This document shows, in pieces, positions 26,459 to 34,232 of a DNA stretch of 64,000 nt (the first letter of the stretch is position 1; each line of letters opens with the position of its first letter). The translations under genes and the position numbers were made by a program. The notes below the pieces were generated by a model. It did not search any database and was not told where the DNA came from. It saw nothing but the letters and a program-made list of their open reading frames with translations. Source of the DNA: a virus (taxonomy: Duplodnaviria > Caudoviricetes); IMG/VR virus record IMGVR_UViG_3300027278_000003; one strand, written 5' to 3'.

Positions 26459-26661
26459 TTACATCATTGATTACTAATTGGATAAAAGAGCGCCTAGCAG
26501 AGCGTTCAACTTTTTACGGTGCAGTAATGGTTGCAGTAGGTGCAGCGATTATCGTCTTTGGTCCACTAACGAAAATTCTTGCATATTGTGCTATTGCATA
26601 TTGTGCTATTGCATATTGTGCTATTGCGTACGGTGCATACACAATGTGGCGTCAGGGATGA
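26455..26661 (+). CDS. Small two-helix membrane protein with AYCAI repeat expansion
   Basis: Hydrophobic; contains 15-bp tandem repeat. Confidence 0.65.
   Translation: MITSLITNWIKERLAERSTFYGAVMVAVGAAIIVFGPLTKILAYCAIAYCAIAYCAIAYGAYTMWRQG
26581..26625. repeat. 3 x 15-bp perfect tandem repeat GCATATTGTGCTATT
   Basis: Read directly from sequence. Confidence 0.95.
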
Positions 26662-26885
26662 ATTGGTTAGAAATAGATCGTATTATCCTTAACTATATGT
26701 CATTGCATACTGACAAAGATAAGTTGTATGCAGACATAAAAAAGAAGTTCAGTTGGACACAGCGACAAGCAGAAGTTGCAGTGGATCCACTATTGGTCAG
26801 ATATGACTGGTTCAGCAAAAAAGTTGATAAAAAAGAAGCACCAAAAAAGAGCCATGTTCGCGCAAACAAACAGAAGTCTAAGTAA
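26658..26885 (+). CDS. Hypothetical protein (MNWLEIDRII...)
   Basis: ATGA overlap with upstream stop; 3' part of listed ORF 26478-26885. Confidence 0.65.
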   Translation: MNWLEIDRIILNYMSLHTDKDKLYADIKKKFSWTQRQAEVAVDPLLVRYDWFSKKVDKKEAPKKSHVRANKQKSK

Positions 26886-26911
26886 ATATCTTTGTTAAAC
26901 GGAGGTGAACA

Positions 26912-27256
26912 ATGTCACCAGAAGAATTCAAAGAAGCAAACAGACTAATGTGGATAGTCAAAGGCCATCTAATACCAAAAGAATATAGCGAAAACGATAT
27001 TGAATCTGTGCTTAGAAGTTATTTCGCAAGATTGTGGCATAACGAGGAAGCATATGTAAATGAAGAAGGGTTCGAAGAGGCCTGGGAGAAACGTTATGGT
27101 ATCAAGCAAAATAAACAATCTGAGCGTAGAGGAACTAGAGTACCTAGACAAACTATTACACCGAGAACTACTGGAAACATATCCAAAGAACGCAGAAAAG
27201 ATCAGACGGTTACTGTCAGCAGTACACAGTCAAAAGAATTTGCTGAACATCGGTAA
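26912..27256 (+). CDS. Hypothetical protein; C-terminal part overlaps next gene
   Basis: GGAGGTG RBS. Confidence 0.65.
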   Translation: MSPEEFKEANRLMWIVKGHLIPKEYSENDIESVLRSYFARLWHNEEAYVNEEGFEEAWEKRYGIKQNKQSERRGTRVPRQTITPRTTGNISKERRKDQTVTVSSTQSKEFAEHR

Positions 27257-27263
27257 GTGGTAA
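27096..27263 (+). CDS. Hypothetical protein MVSSKINNLSVEELEYLDKLL...
   Basis: Protein-like helical ORF nested in another frame of 26912 ORF. Confidence 0.5.
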   Translation: MVSSKINNLSVEELEYLDKLLHRELLETYPKNAEKIRRLLSAVHSQKNLLNIGKW

Positions 27264-27320
27264 ATCTGTTACATTTATACAACACAATAACTTATAAATC
27301 TTATTTTTGTAAACAAATCA

Positions 27321-27349
27321 TTGAAATATAGGCTATAGTGTATTATATT
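27321..27349 (+). promoter_or_regulatory. Sigma70 promoter of porin gene
   Basis: TTGAAA-N17-TATATT; leader hairpin AGAGAAGCC-GAAA-GGCTTCTCT at 27378-27399. Confidence 0.6.
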
Positions 27350-27426
27350 AATATTAATGAAGATAAGTATATCTTCTAGAGAAGCCGAAAGGCTTCTCTT
27401 TATCATGTAATATTAAAGGAAATATA

Positions 27427-28179
27427 ATGATTAAAACACTAATTACCGCATCAGCATTCGCACTCGCAGCAGGCGCAGCATCAGCAGCACCTCTTTCATT
27501 TGGTATTGAAACAGATTATTCAACAACCGGTGGTGTATCTTCAACTTCCGTAACTGCATCAGTAGACGGTAACGTTGATCGTTTCGTAGCAGGCGTAAAA
27601 GCAGATGTAGAAACACAAGACCTAACTGGTTGGTATGTAGGCGCGCACGTAGGCGAAGCAGTGCTAACATATGGCGACCAAGACGGTGTATTCTCATTCG
27701 GCGGTGGTCTAAACACTGTAGGTGGTTCAATTCTAGCAACTGCATCAACTTCTGACCGTACTCTAACTGTAGATGGTCTTTACGGTTTCGGCGTATCAGT
27801 AGGTCTAGACACTGGCACAGACGTACAAAACATCCAAGCGACAGCACAATACGCTGGCGTTGTTGTGGGCGTGGACTATGACGTTGATACGAAAGATTAC
27901 ATTCTAGCTGCATCATATGCACAGCTAGTAGCAGAAGACCTTTCAATCGGCGGTATCATTACTTATGACACTGACGTAGCAGTAGAACTAAACGCGTCAT
28001 ATGCGACACTCGGTGGTACTGTAAACGGTTTCACAACCGTAGATACAACTGGCTTTGATGCTCTAGGCGTTGGCTATGATCTTGAACTATCAGCAAATGC
28101 ATCTGCGTATGTAGAAGGTGCACGTGATCTGAACACCGATGCGAACACTATCGCAGTAGGCGTTTCATTCGCATTCTAA
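27427..28179 (+). CDS. Outer-membrane beta-barrel porin-like protein (Rhodobacterales type)
   Basis: Signal peptide MIKTLITASAFALAAGAASA, alternating beta-strand pattern, C-terminal VGVSFAF. Confidence 0.8.
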   Translation: MIKTLITASAFALAAGAASAAPLSFGIETDYSTTGGVSSTSVTASVDGNVDRFVAGVKADVETQDLTGWYVGAHVGEAVLTYGDQDGVFSFGGGLNTVGGSILATASTSDRTLTVDGLYGFGVSVGLDTGTDVQNIQATAQYAGVVVGVDYDVDTKDYILAASYAQLVAEDLSIGGIITYDTDVAVELNASYATLGGTVNGFTTVDTTGFDALGVGYDLELSANASAYVEGARDLNTDANTIAVGVSFAF

Positions 28180-28207
28180 TTTATCGTTAAAGATAAAAAC
28201 AGATATC

Positions 28208-28232
28208 AAAGTGCGCTTCGGCGCACTTTTTT
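28208..28232 (+). terminator. Rho-independent terminator with cUUCGg loop
   Basis: AAAGTGCGC-TTCG-GCGCACTTT-TTT. Confidence 0.9.
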
Positions 28233-28233
28233 A

Positions 28234-28262
28234 TTGACATCTAATACTTTATATGCTATAAA
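28234..28262 (+). promoter_or_regulatory. Sigma70 promoter of tmRNA
   Basis: TTGACA-N17-TATAAA. Confidence 0.75.
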
Positions 28263-28268
28263 TAAACT

Positions 28269-28622
28269 GTTAGCGTTGAAGCAACGTGGACACATACTGG
28301 ACTCGGGTGCGAATCCCGACAGCTCCACCACAAACACACTTTGAAAGCGTATGTTATACAGCAAAAGCAAGGTGGTCTAGGAACGGTAGTACGATGAGGA
28401 ACCCTAGTACGATTACAGGTTCAAATCCTGTAAAGTGTGTTTTTGATGGGGCTGAATTAGGAATCGACAGGTGTGAAGATAGAGTGGAGTTAACCGTGGT
28501 GACCTACGTTATTCGGTCAAACTTTATAACTGCAAACACAAACGCAGCGCCAGCAATGGCAAAACTAGCGGCTTAATAGCACGTGGGGGTTGGCAACTTA
28601 CCTAGCAACAGAAAAGTTGCAA
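28269..28622 (+). ncRNA. ssrA: Circularly permuted (two-piece) tmRNA; tag ANTNAAPAMAKLAA
   Basis: 3' acceptor piece first (T-arm TCGGG-TGCGAAT-CCCGA, CAGCTCC-ACCA ending 28330); 5' GGGGCTG at 28448 pairs with it including G3.U70; tag frame 28532-28576 after ATAACT; outer ends approximate. Confidence 0.93.
28332..28442 (+). ncRNA. tRNA-like element inside the tmRNA intervening segment
   Basis: 11-bp closing stem AAACACACTTT/AAAGTGTGTTT, canonical T-arm ACAGG-TTCAAAT-CCTGT, D-arm-like TGGTCTAG..GGTA. Confidence 0.55.
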
Positions 28623-28639
28623 CTTAACGGAGTTTATAT

Positions 28640-28972
28640 ATGTCAGAAGAATTTGGTATTGGTCCAGATGAACTTAGAGGTCTAATTGGTGGTATTTTGA
28701 TCATCGTTGATATTCGCGACGAGGATAATGTTGATGCCCAAGGACGCATTAAAGATGCGTTCGAAATAGAAGAATACGATCTTCCAAATCACGTTTCTGC
28801 GGTACCGATGTACTTTAGAACTGCAAACTGTGTTATCATTTGTGAAACCGGCGAGGTTGCACGTAAATGGGTAGAAACATATCGTAGTCAAGATGATGAT
28901 GTTCAACTTCTTCGCTACTATATTGGTGGTTCTGCCGCACTCTTTGAGGAAGTACCGGAGTTAGTATCGTAA
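28640..28972 (+). CDS. Rhodanese-like domain protein
   Basis: IIVDIRDE..GRIKDA..VIICETG..YYIGGSAA. Confidence 0.6.
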   Translation: MSEEFGIGPDELRGLIGGILIIVDIRDEDNVDAQGRIKDAFEIEEYDLPNHVSAVPMYFRTANCVIICETGEVARKWVETYRSQDDDVQLLRYYIGGSAALFEEVPELVS

Positions 28973-28973
28973 T

Positions 28974-29699
28974 ATGGAATTGATGGGTAAAGCCAATCGC
29001 AGAAGCCAAGCGAACTATTACGAGGCATGGTCTAAATCTAAAGGCAAGAAGTATGAGCCTACCGAAGAAGATTTAAAATGCGAAATGCAACTTGGCGCAA
29101 TTGGTTCGTTTGAACCTTTGATGTGGAAATTCGATATTAATCAATTTAAACGAGAAATTGAACCTTGGAATAATAGTTGGGTTCCGTACTTACAGCGCGA
29201 AGGGTGGAGCAATAATCGTGAAGGTCTATGTCTTGTGGGTCTTGAAGGTGACAACCCCAACGACAGTTTGAGCATGCCAGAAGCGGTGTTCCGTGCAAAA
29301 CGGAAATTAAAAGAAACAGACTTCAATGCGCCGACTGCACTATATAATGATTTGCCAGTATTGCATGATATGTTAGATTACTTTTCTCCTCTCGGTAGAA
29401 CAATGCTAATCAAATCAAACGCTGGAGGTTGGTTCCCGCCACATAGAGATAACCCAAGTCTTACAAGAGAGACATTTAGAATTGTCGCATTTCTTTCAGA
29501 TAATACTACTCATGAATCATACGAGTGGGAAATGGAAGGTCGCAAAATGAATATCGTTCCGGGCAGAGCGTACTATGTTGATACACGAAAAACACATAGA
29601 ACATCTAGTTGGATGGATAACTCAATTCACTTGATAGTGAATGTTCCCAAAACATGGGAAAACGTTCTAAAGTTGATTAGTTCAACTGAGAACTATTAA
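28974..29699 (+). CDS. 2OG-Fe(II) oxygenase (Asp/Asn beta-hydroxylase-like)
   Basis: GGWFPPHRD, YYVDTRKTH, IHLIVNV. Confidence 0.7.
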   Translation: MELMGKANRRSQANYYEAWSKSKGKKYEPTEEDLKCEMQLGAIGSFEPLMWKFDINQFKREIEPWNNSWVPYLQREGWSNNREGLCLVGLEGDNPNDSLSMPEAVFRAKRKLKETDFNAPTALYNDLPVLHDMLDYFSPLGRTMLIKSNAGGWFPPHRDNPSLTRETFRIVAFLSDNTTHESYEWEMEGRKMNIVPGRAYYVDTRKTHRTSSWMDNSIHLIVNVPKTWENVLKLISSTENY

Positions 29700-29724
29700 T
29701 ACACACATACACAGGAGAAATATA

Positions 29725-30081
29725 ATGTTTGATGTAAAACAAATGACAGAAATGGCAGAGAAATTTGCAGAACTATACACAACGACTGGTGTTCAACCGG
29801 AAGCATTTGCAGAAGCATTCACTAAGATGATGCCAAAAGCACCAGAAATGCCAAAAGTATCATTCAACAAGAATGGTTATGAAATTCGCGCACAGATGCT
29901 AGAAATGGCACAATCACAACTATGGCAAGATTATCATGCTAAAGTTGGCGAGTACGAAGCATCAGTTAAAAAAGAAGGTGGCGAAGTTGTAACTAAAGTT
30001 GCAATGCCAACCGTCCCAGGAACTGAGGCTGTTCTAGACGCAGCAGAGAAGTTCTACAACTTTGTAAACGGTAAAAAATAA
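29725..30081 (+). CDS. Hypothetical protein (KNGYEIRAQMLEMA motif)
   Basis: Strong AGGAG RBS, biased codons. Confidence 0.8.
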   Translation: MFDVKQMTEMAEKFAELYTTTGVQPEAFAEAFTKMMPKAPEMPKVSFNKNGYEIRAQMLEMAQSQLWQDYHAKVGEYEASVKKEGGEVVTKVAMPTVPGTEAVLDAAEKFYNFVNGKK

Positions 30082-30137
30082 TAACAATAAATACTATAGG
30101 GTGGTTCGACCACCCTATTCTTATGGAGTAATAGTGA

Positions 30138-30476
30138 ATGACATATGTAGTAACACAAGATTGTATTAAATGCAAATATACCGACTGCGTGGCTGTTTGC
30201 CCAGTTGATTGTTTTTATGAAGGCGAAGACATGCTAGTAATCAATCCTGATGAATGTATTGATTGCGGTGTTTGTGAACCGGAATGTCCTGCAAACGCTA
30301 TCATTCCAGATACGGATCATAAGTTCACACAGCGACTATATGACATTAATAAAAAATGGTCTAATGTATGGGACGTTATCACAGAGCAAAAAGATCCACT
30401 TCCTGATGCAGATTCTTTGAATCCAGCAAAAGGTTATACAGAAGACAAAACAAATCTACTAGACGACTATGACTAA
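30138..30476 (+). CDS. fdxA: 7Fe/8Fe ferredoxin (FdxA type)
   Basis: [46 protein letters not shown]. Confidence 0.95.
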   Translation: MTYVVTQDCIKCKYTDCVAVCPVDCFYEGEDMLVINPDECIDCGVCEPECPANAIIPDTDHKFTQRLYDINKKWSNVWDVITEQKDPLPDADSLNPAKGYTEDKTNLLDDYD

Positions 30477-30606
30477 TAAAGATAAATAACTTACTAAGTT
30501 ATTATTAATTATTTCGTTCTGGACACTGCATTTCATTCCAGAATTTTATAAAGCACATTATATTAAAGAAAAGGCTTGTAGATCCTCTGCGAGTCTTTTC
30601 CATTAT

Positions 30607-30614
30607 GATAAATA
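30607..30614 (+). promoter_or_regulatory. Putative late promoter GATAAATA
   Basis: Directly upstream of ATG 30620. Confidence 0.5.
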
Positions 30615-30619
30615 CATCT

Positions 30620-31555
30620 ATGAGATACAGCGAACTAACTGAAAAGAAACTAGAACGTAAAGACTTGTTAAAAAGTCAAGCAAGACTTGCCAAATTCATA
30701 CAGAAGTATGAAGCAGGTGAAGCATTTGTTCTGGCAGGTCAAACAGAACCTTCAGTCCGCTTGAAGCGTGACGAAGATACACTTGCACGTTTAAAATCTG
30801 GTTATATTCCAGACACGTTTGAAACCGAAGATGGTCGCACCGTTCGCTTAACTTCACTAGAAAAAACTGGCGAATTCGGTGGTAAAGGCGCAGGCTTTTC
30901 AACACGCGACGAAGATGCTGCACTAAACGCACTTAATGAAATGTTCGCTAAAATGAAGGGCAATCGCCCAGAATTAGAAATTCAAATCGGTGATCGCACT
31001 GTATCAGTATCACAATTTGTCACAACTCCAGGACCCCCAAAATCAGATTTTCATGCAGTAGATGCAAACGGAAATGCAGTTGCTTGGATCTCACACAAAA
31101 AGGGTTCTAAAGCAACCGACTTCGGTCAATGGGGCGGTATGAGTGATAGAGAAATGAAGCAAGTATATGCATCATTCCCAGAAGCAAAAGAAGAAATTCT
31201 TGCATTTGCGCGTGATGTTATCGCAAAGTATCCAGATGGTGCAATACCAAATGCAACAACGCTTGCCCGCAAAATCAAAAATGGTAAACTTCGTGGTATC
31301 GCAGTTTACGGTAATGGCTTCGGTGGCGAACGCAGCGCACAAAACGTTGATCTAGTAATTCAGGGTGATCCAGTGTTTAAAGGTAATCAACTTGTAGCAA
31401 CTGGCTCGGTACATGCAAATGGCGACCGTGTAGAACAGGCATTTGAACCAGTTCTAATGGCAATGTATAAAGGCGACCGTGACAACTTTGGTGTTAAAGG
31501 TGCGCGTTTCTCAATCTACCCGGCAGGTGGTAGAAAAATATCCGAATGGATATAA
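30620..31555 (+). CDS. Hypothetical protein with PD-(D/E)XK nuclease-like motif
   Basis: PKSDFHAV...WISHKKG; start moved to ATG 30620. Confidence 0.55.
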   Translation: MRYSELTEKKLERKDLLKSQARLAKFIQKYEAGEAFVLAGQTEPSVRLKRDEDTLARLKSGYIPDTFETEDGRTVRLTSLEKTGEFGGKGAGFSTRDEDAALNALNEMFAKMKGNRPELEIQIGDRTVSVSQFVTTPGPPKSDFHAVDANGNAVAWISHKKGSKATDFGQWGGMSDREMKQVYASFPEAKEEILAFARDVIAKYPDGAIPNATTLARKIKNGKLRGIAVYGNGFGGERSAQNVDLVIQGDPVFKGNQLVATGSVHANGDRVEQAFEPVLMAMYKGDRDNFGVKGARFSIYPAGGRKISEWI

Positions 31556-31562
31556 TTTTTCC

Positions 31563-31591
31563 TTGACATAATGGACGAATCACTCTATACA
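31563..31591 (+). promoter_or_regulatory. Sigma70 promoter with CGAATCA (GANTC) in spacer
   Basis: TTGACA-TAATGGA-CGAATCA-CTC-TATACA. Confidence 0.7.
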
Positions 31592-31614
31592 TATATATGT
31601 AAGTGATAAAGGAC

Positions 31615-32010
31615 ATGAAAATGAACACTGTTGTAGATACCGTCGCAGCCATCGCAGATTCATTCGAATACTGGGGCAAACAGCAATCCGCACTGGGTTA
31701 TGAATCAATCTGGTCAATTTACGATGCTGGTAACGTAGACCTCGACTTTGAAATTTTCAATAACAAAATGCGTCAAGTGCGCTATGAATATATTCGTCCT
31801 GATGCAACGACCGAAGAATTAATGACAGACCTACGCGATGGTGGAAAGCGTTCATCAGCAGAAGTTACGATGTTTGCAACAGACGGTTCTGTTAAGTCTC
31901 TTTGGTTCGCTGCCGAATCTTGCATTCGTCAGAGCGGTACACATCATCGCTATATCGAAGATTTTGAAATGCAAGAAGATGGTTCTCTTATGCTAATCAC
32001 AGGTTCGTAA
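31615..32010 (+). CDS. Hypothetical protein
   Basis: AAGGA RBS, downstream of promoter. Confidence 0.75.
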   Translation: MKMNTVVDTVAAIADSFEYWGKQQSALGYESIWSIYDAGNVDLDFEIFNNKMRQVRYEYIRPDATTEELMTDLRDGGKRSSAEVTMFATDGSVKSLWFAAESCIRQSGTHHRYIEDFEMQEDGSLMLITGS

Positions 32011-32303
32011 TGAAAATCATACATTACTATCGCTATGACTCATATGTTGCCGAAGTTTATGGTCTGCCATTAGCAGAGATTGAAACTCGGTATATTCGTG
32101 GTGATTATCCTATTGCAGATGATCTTAGTCGGATGGCGTCAATGAGTAAAATGTACAACGCAGGCAAAGTATGGCGAAAGATTGATAACGAACCTATAAC
32201 AATAATTAAATCGCGTGATGGAAATAATGAGTTTGACGAACACGAATTCATTCAAATGCTATTCCTTGCAGAAATTGCAGGACCAGTAAGCCTAGGTGCA
32301 TGA
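32010..32303 (+). CDS. Hypothetical protein
   Basis: TAATG coupling. Confidence 0.65.
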   Translation: MKIIHYYRYDSYVAEVYGLPLAEIETRYIRGDYPIADDLSRMASMSKMYNAGKVWRKIDNEPITIIKSRDGNNEFDEHEFIQMLFLAEIAGPVSLGA

Positions 32304-32644
32304 TGGAAAAATGGCAGAAGCAACTTATCAACGGTATGTATGGTATAAAAAAAGGTGAGATGAATATTGTGTCATATGGTGGGCGTGGTTCTGGCAAGTC
32401 GTTATTATTACAAAAATTCATTGAATCATTTCAAGCACAAACCAAACTTATGGAACAATGTATCGAAAAAGGCTATACAACAGTTGTCATTAACCCATCC
32501 CAAATGACCACTGCAAATCGTAATGCAATGATTGAATGGTGCAAACAAAACTGTGAAAAAGATTTCAGTTCATTTGTAGCGGCTTATGGATTCTTCTTTT
32601 TTGAAAGCCAAAAGGATGCGGAGTTCTTTGCACTAGTTTGGTAG
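32300..32644 (+). CDS. Hypothetical protein (degenerate P-loop GGRGSGKS)
   Basis: ATGA coupling. Confidence 0.6.
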   Translation: MMEKWQKQLINGMYGIKKGEMNIVSYGGRGSGKSLLLQKFIESFQAQTKLMEQCIEKGYTTVVINPSQMTTANRNAMIEWCKQNCEKDFSSFVAAYGFFFFESQKDAEFFALVW

Positions 32645-32667
32645 TTACGATTTTTTCTCCTAAAAAT

Positions 32668-32675
32668 GATAAATA
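32668..32675 (+). promoter_or_regulatory. Putative late promoter GATAAATA
   Basis: Upstream of ATG 32711. Confidence 0.5.
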
Positions 32676-32710
32676 CAGTTGAGGTCTGATATTATCAGAG
32701 GAGATTAAAA

Positions 32711-34222
32711 ATGATATTTCCAATTATTACCTTTATGGTCGCAATTTGTATTGCGTTCATCGCAGGATGGTTTTCAATCGCTGGTCTTATGGCGATTTTT
32801 GCCGCCTCTGCAATACCAGTTGCCATCATGGCTGGCGCACTTGAAGTAGGTAAACTTGTTTCCGCTTCATGGGTATATCGTAATTGGAAGAGGGCACCGT
32901 TTCTACTGAAAAGCTACCTAACAATGGCTACAGTAGTTCTTATGTTCATTACATCTATGGGCATTTTTGGCTTTTTGTCAAGAGCGCACTTAGAACAAGC
33001 TGCACAGGGACAAGAAAATGCAGCACGTATTGAACGTAGTGAAAATGATATTCTCAGAAATGAAGAATTGATCACTCGCACAGAAGCAAAAATCGAAAAA
33101 CTGGATAGTGAATCTGCAAATGATACAAGTGCAGTACAAGCACAAATCGATGCAGAACAAGCACGTATGGATCAAGCATATGCACGTATCCAACCAGCAA
33201 TTGATGATCAAAATGCTATCATTGCAAGTGAAAACTCAAACGAAGATGTTCAAGTTTACATGGACCAAATCAAAAGAGTTGACGAAAAACTTGATTTAAT
33301 TCAACAGTATGTTTCAAACAATCAAATTCGTGAACTTCAAGGTCTAGTTGGCGTTCCTCAAGATGGGAACTACGGTTCACAAACTGCATCCGCAGTTGAT
33401 CGTTTCCGTACAAATCAACTTGCAGAAAAACAACGTCTACAAGGTGTAATTGAGCAACTACGCAATTCAGTTGATAGTGATGCAGTTATTGCAGCACGTG
33501 CGGAAATCGCACGTTTGCGTTCTATTGCAGAAGTTGAAGTTGCGACTTCACAGGAAACTATTAGTCGTTTGAGACAAGAGCTTGCATCAAGTGCAGAGAT
33601 TGACAACACAGCAGAGATTGAACTTCTAATTGCTAAAATTGGCGAGACAGAAAGTGCTATTGGCGTTCTACAGGACGAAAAGTTTGCACTAGAAAGTGAA
33701 ATTCGCAAACTTGAAGCAGAAGTTGGCCCAATCAAATACATCGCTGAATTAGTTTATGGTAATACAGAGCGTGATACTATTGATGCAGCCGTACGTTGGC
33801 TTATCATTGTGTTTATTTTTGTGTTCGACCCACTAGCTGTTCTTCTACTAATCGCAGCAAACTTTAGCTTCCAGAACCGCAATGAAGGCGGTAGACAGGA
33901 AGAAATTTTTGATGTTCTTTTTTCTAAAAATCATAATAACGATGAAAAATCACTTGACAAACCGACCTCAATGAGTGATAATATAGTTATTGAAACACCA
34001 AAAGAAACAGATGTGGTAGTGGAAAATAAAGATTTAGCAGAAGTTCGTGCAGGCAAAAAAGAGTATGTACTTCGTGAAAATGCTGCAAAGTCAGTAAATA
34101 TCGAAGACGTAGTTGACAGTGCATCACCAGAAGCATTAGAAAAAATGCAGAAGGCGCTTGAACGAAAGCTAAATACAGAAGCAGTTAAGAAATCTGGTTG
34201 GCTAGACGACCTAAACAACTAA
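32711..34222 (+). CDS. Membrane protein: N-terminal TM helices, long coiled coil with peptidoglycan-binding motif, C-terminal TM
   Basis: Hydrophobic N-terminus; IRELQGLVGVPQDGNYGSQTASAV; WLIIVFIFVFDPLAVLLLIAA. Confidence 0.75.
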   Translation: MIFPIITFMVAICIAFIAGWFSIAGLMAIFAASAIPVAIMAGALEVGKLVSASWVYRNWKRAPFLLKSYLTMATVVLMFITSMGIFGFLSRAHLEQAAQGQENAARIERSENDILRNEELITRTEAKIEKLDSESANDTSAVQAQIDAEQARMDQAYARIQPAIDDQNAIIASENSNEDVQVYMDQIKRVDEKLDLIQQYVSNNQIRELQGLVGVPQDGNYGSQTASAVDRFRTNQLAEKQRLQGVIEQLRNSVDSDAVIAARAEIARLRSIAEVEVATSQETISRLRQELASSAEIDNTAEIELLIAKIGETESAIGVLQDEKFALESEIRKLEAEVGPIKYIAELVYGNTERDTIDAAVRWLIIVFIFVFDPLAVLLLIAANFSFQNRNEGGRQEEIFDVLFSKNHNNDEKSLDKPTSMSDNIVIETPKETDVVVENKDLAEVRAGKKEYVLRENAAKSVNIEDVVDSASPEALEKMQKALERKLNTEAVKKSGWLDDLNN

Positions 34223-34232
34223 TCGAGGAAAA

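Noticed and set aside
28286-28576. 96-aa GTG-started ORF in the track ending in ANTNAAPAMAKLAA
   Set aside because: It runs through the tmRNA acceptor piece and intervening segment; only its last 14 codons (the tag frame) are supported, and it has no good RBS
30096-30118. Hairpin ATAGGGTGGT-TCG-ACCACCCTAT
   Set aside because: T-loop-like but no cloverleaf and only a weak U-tract; probably a weak terminator or processing stem
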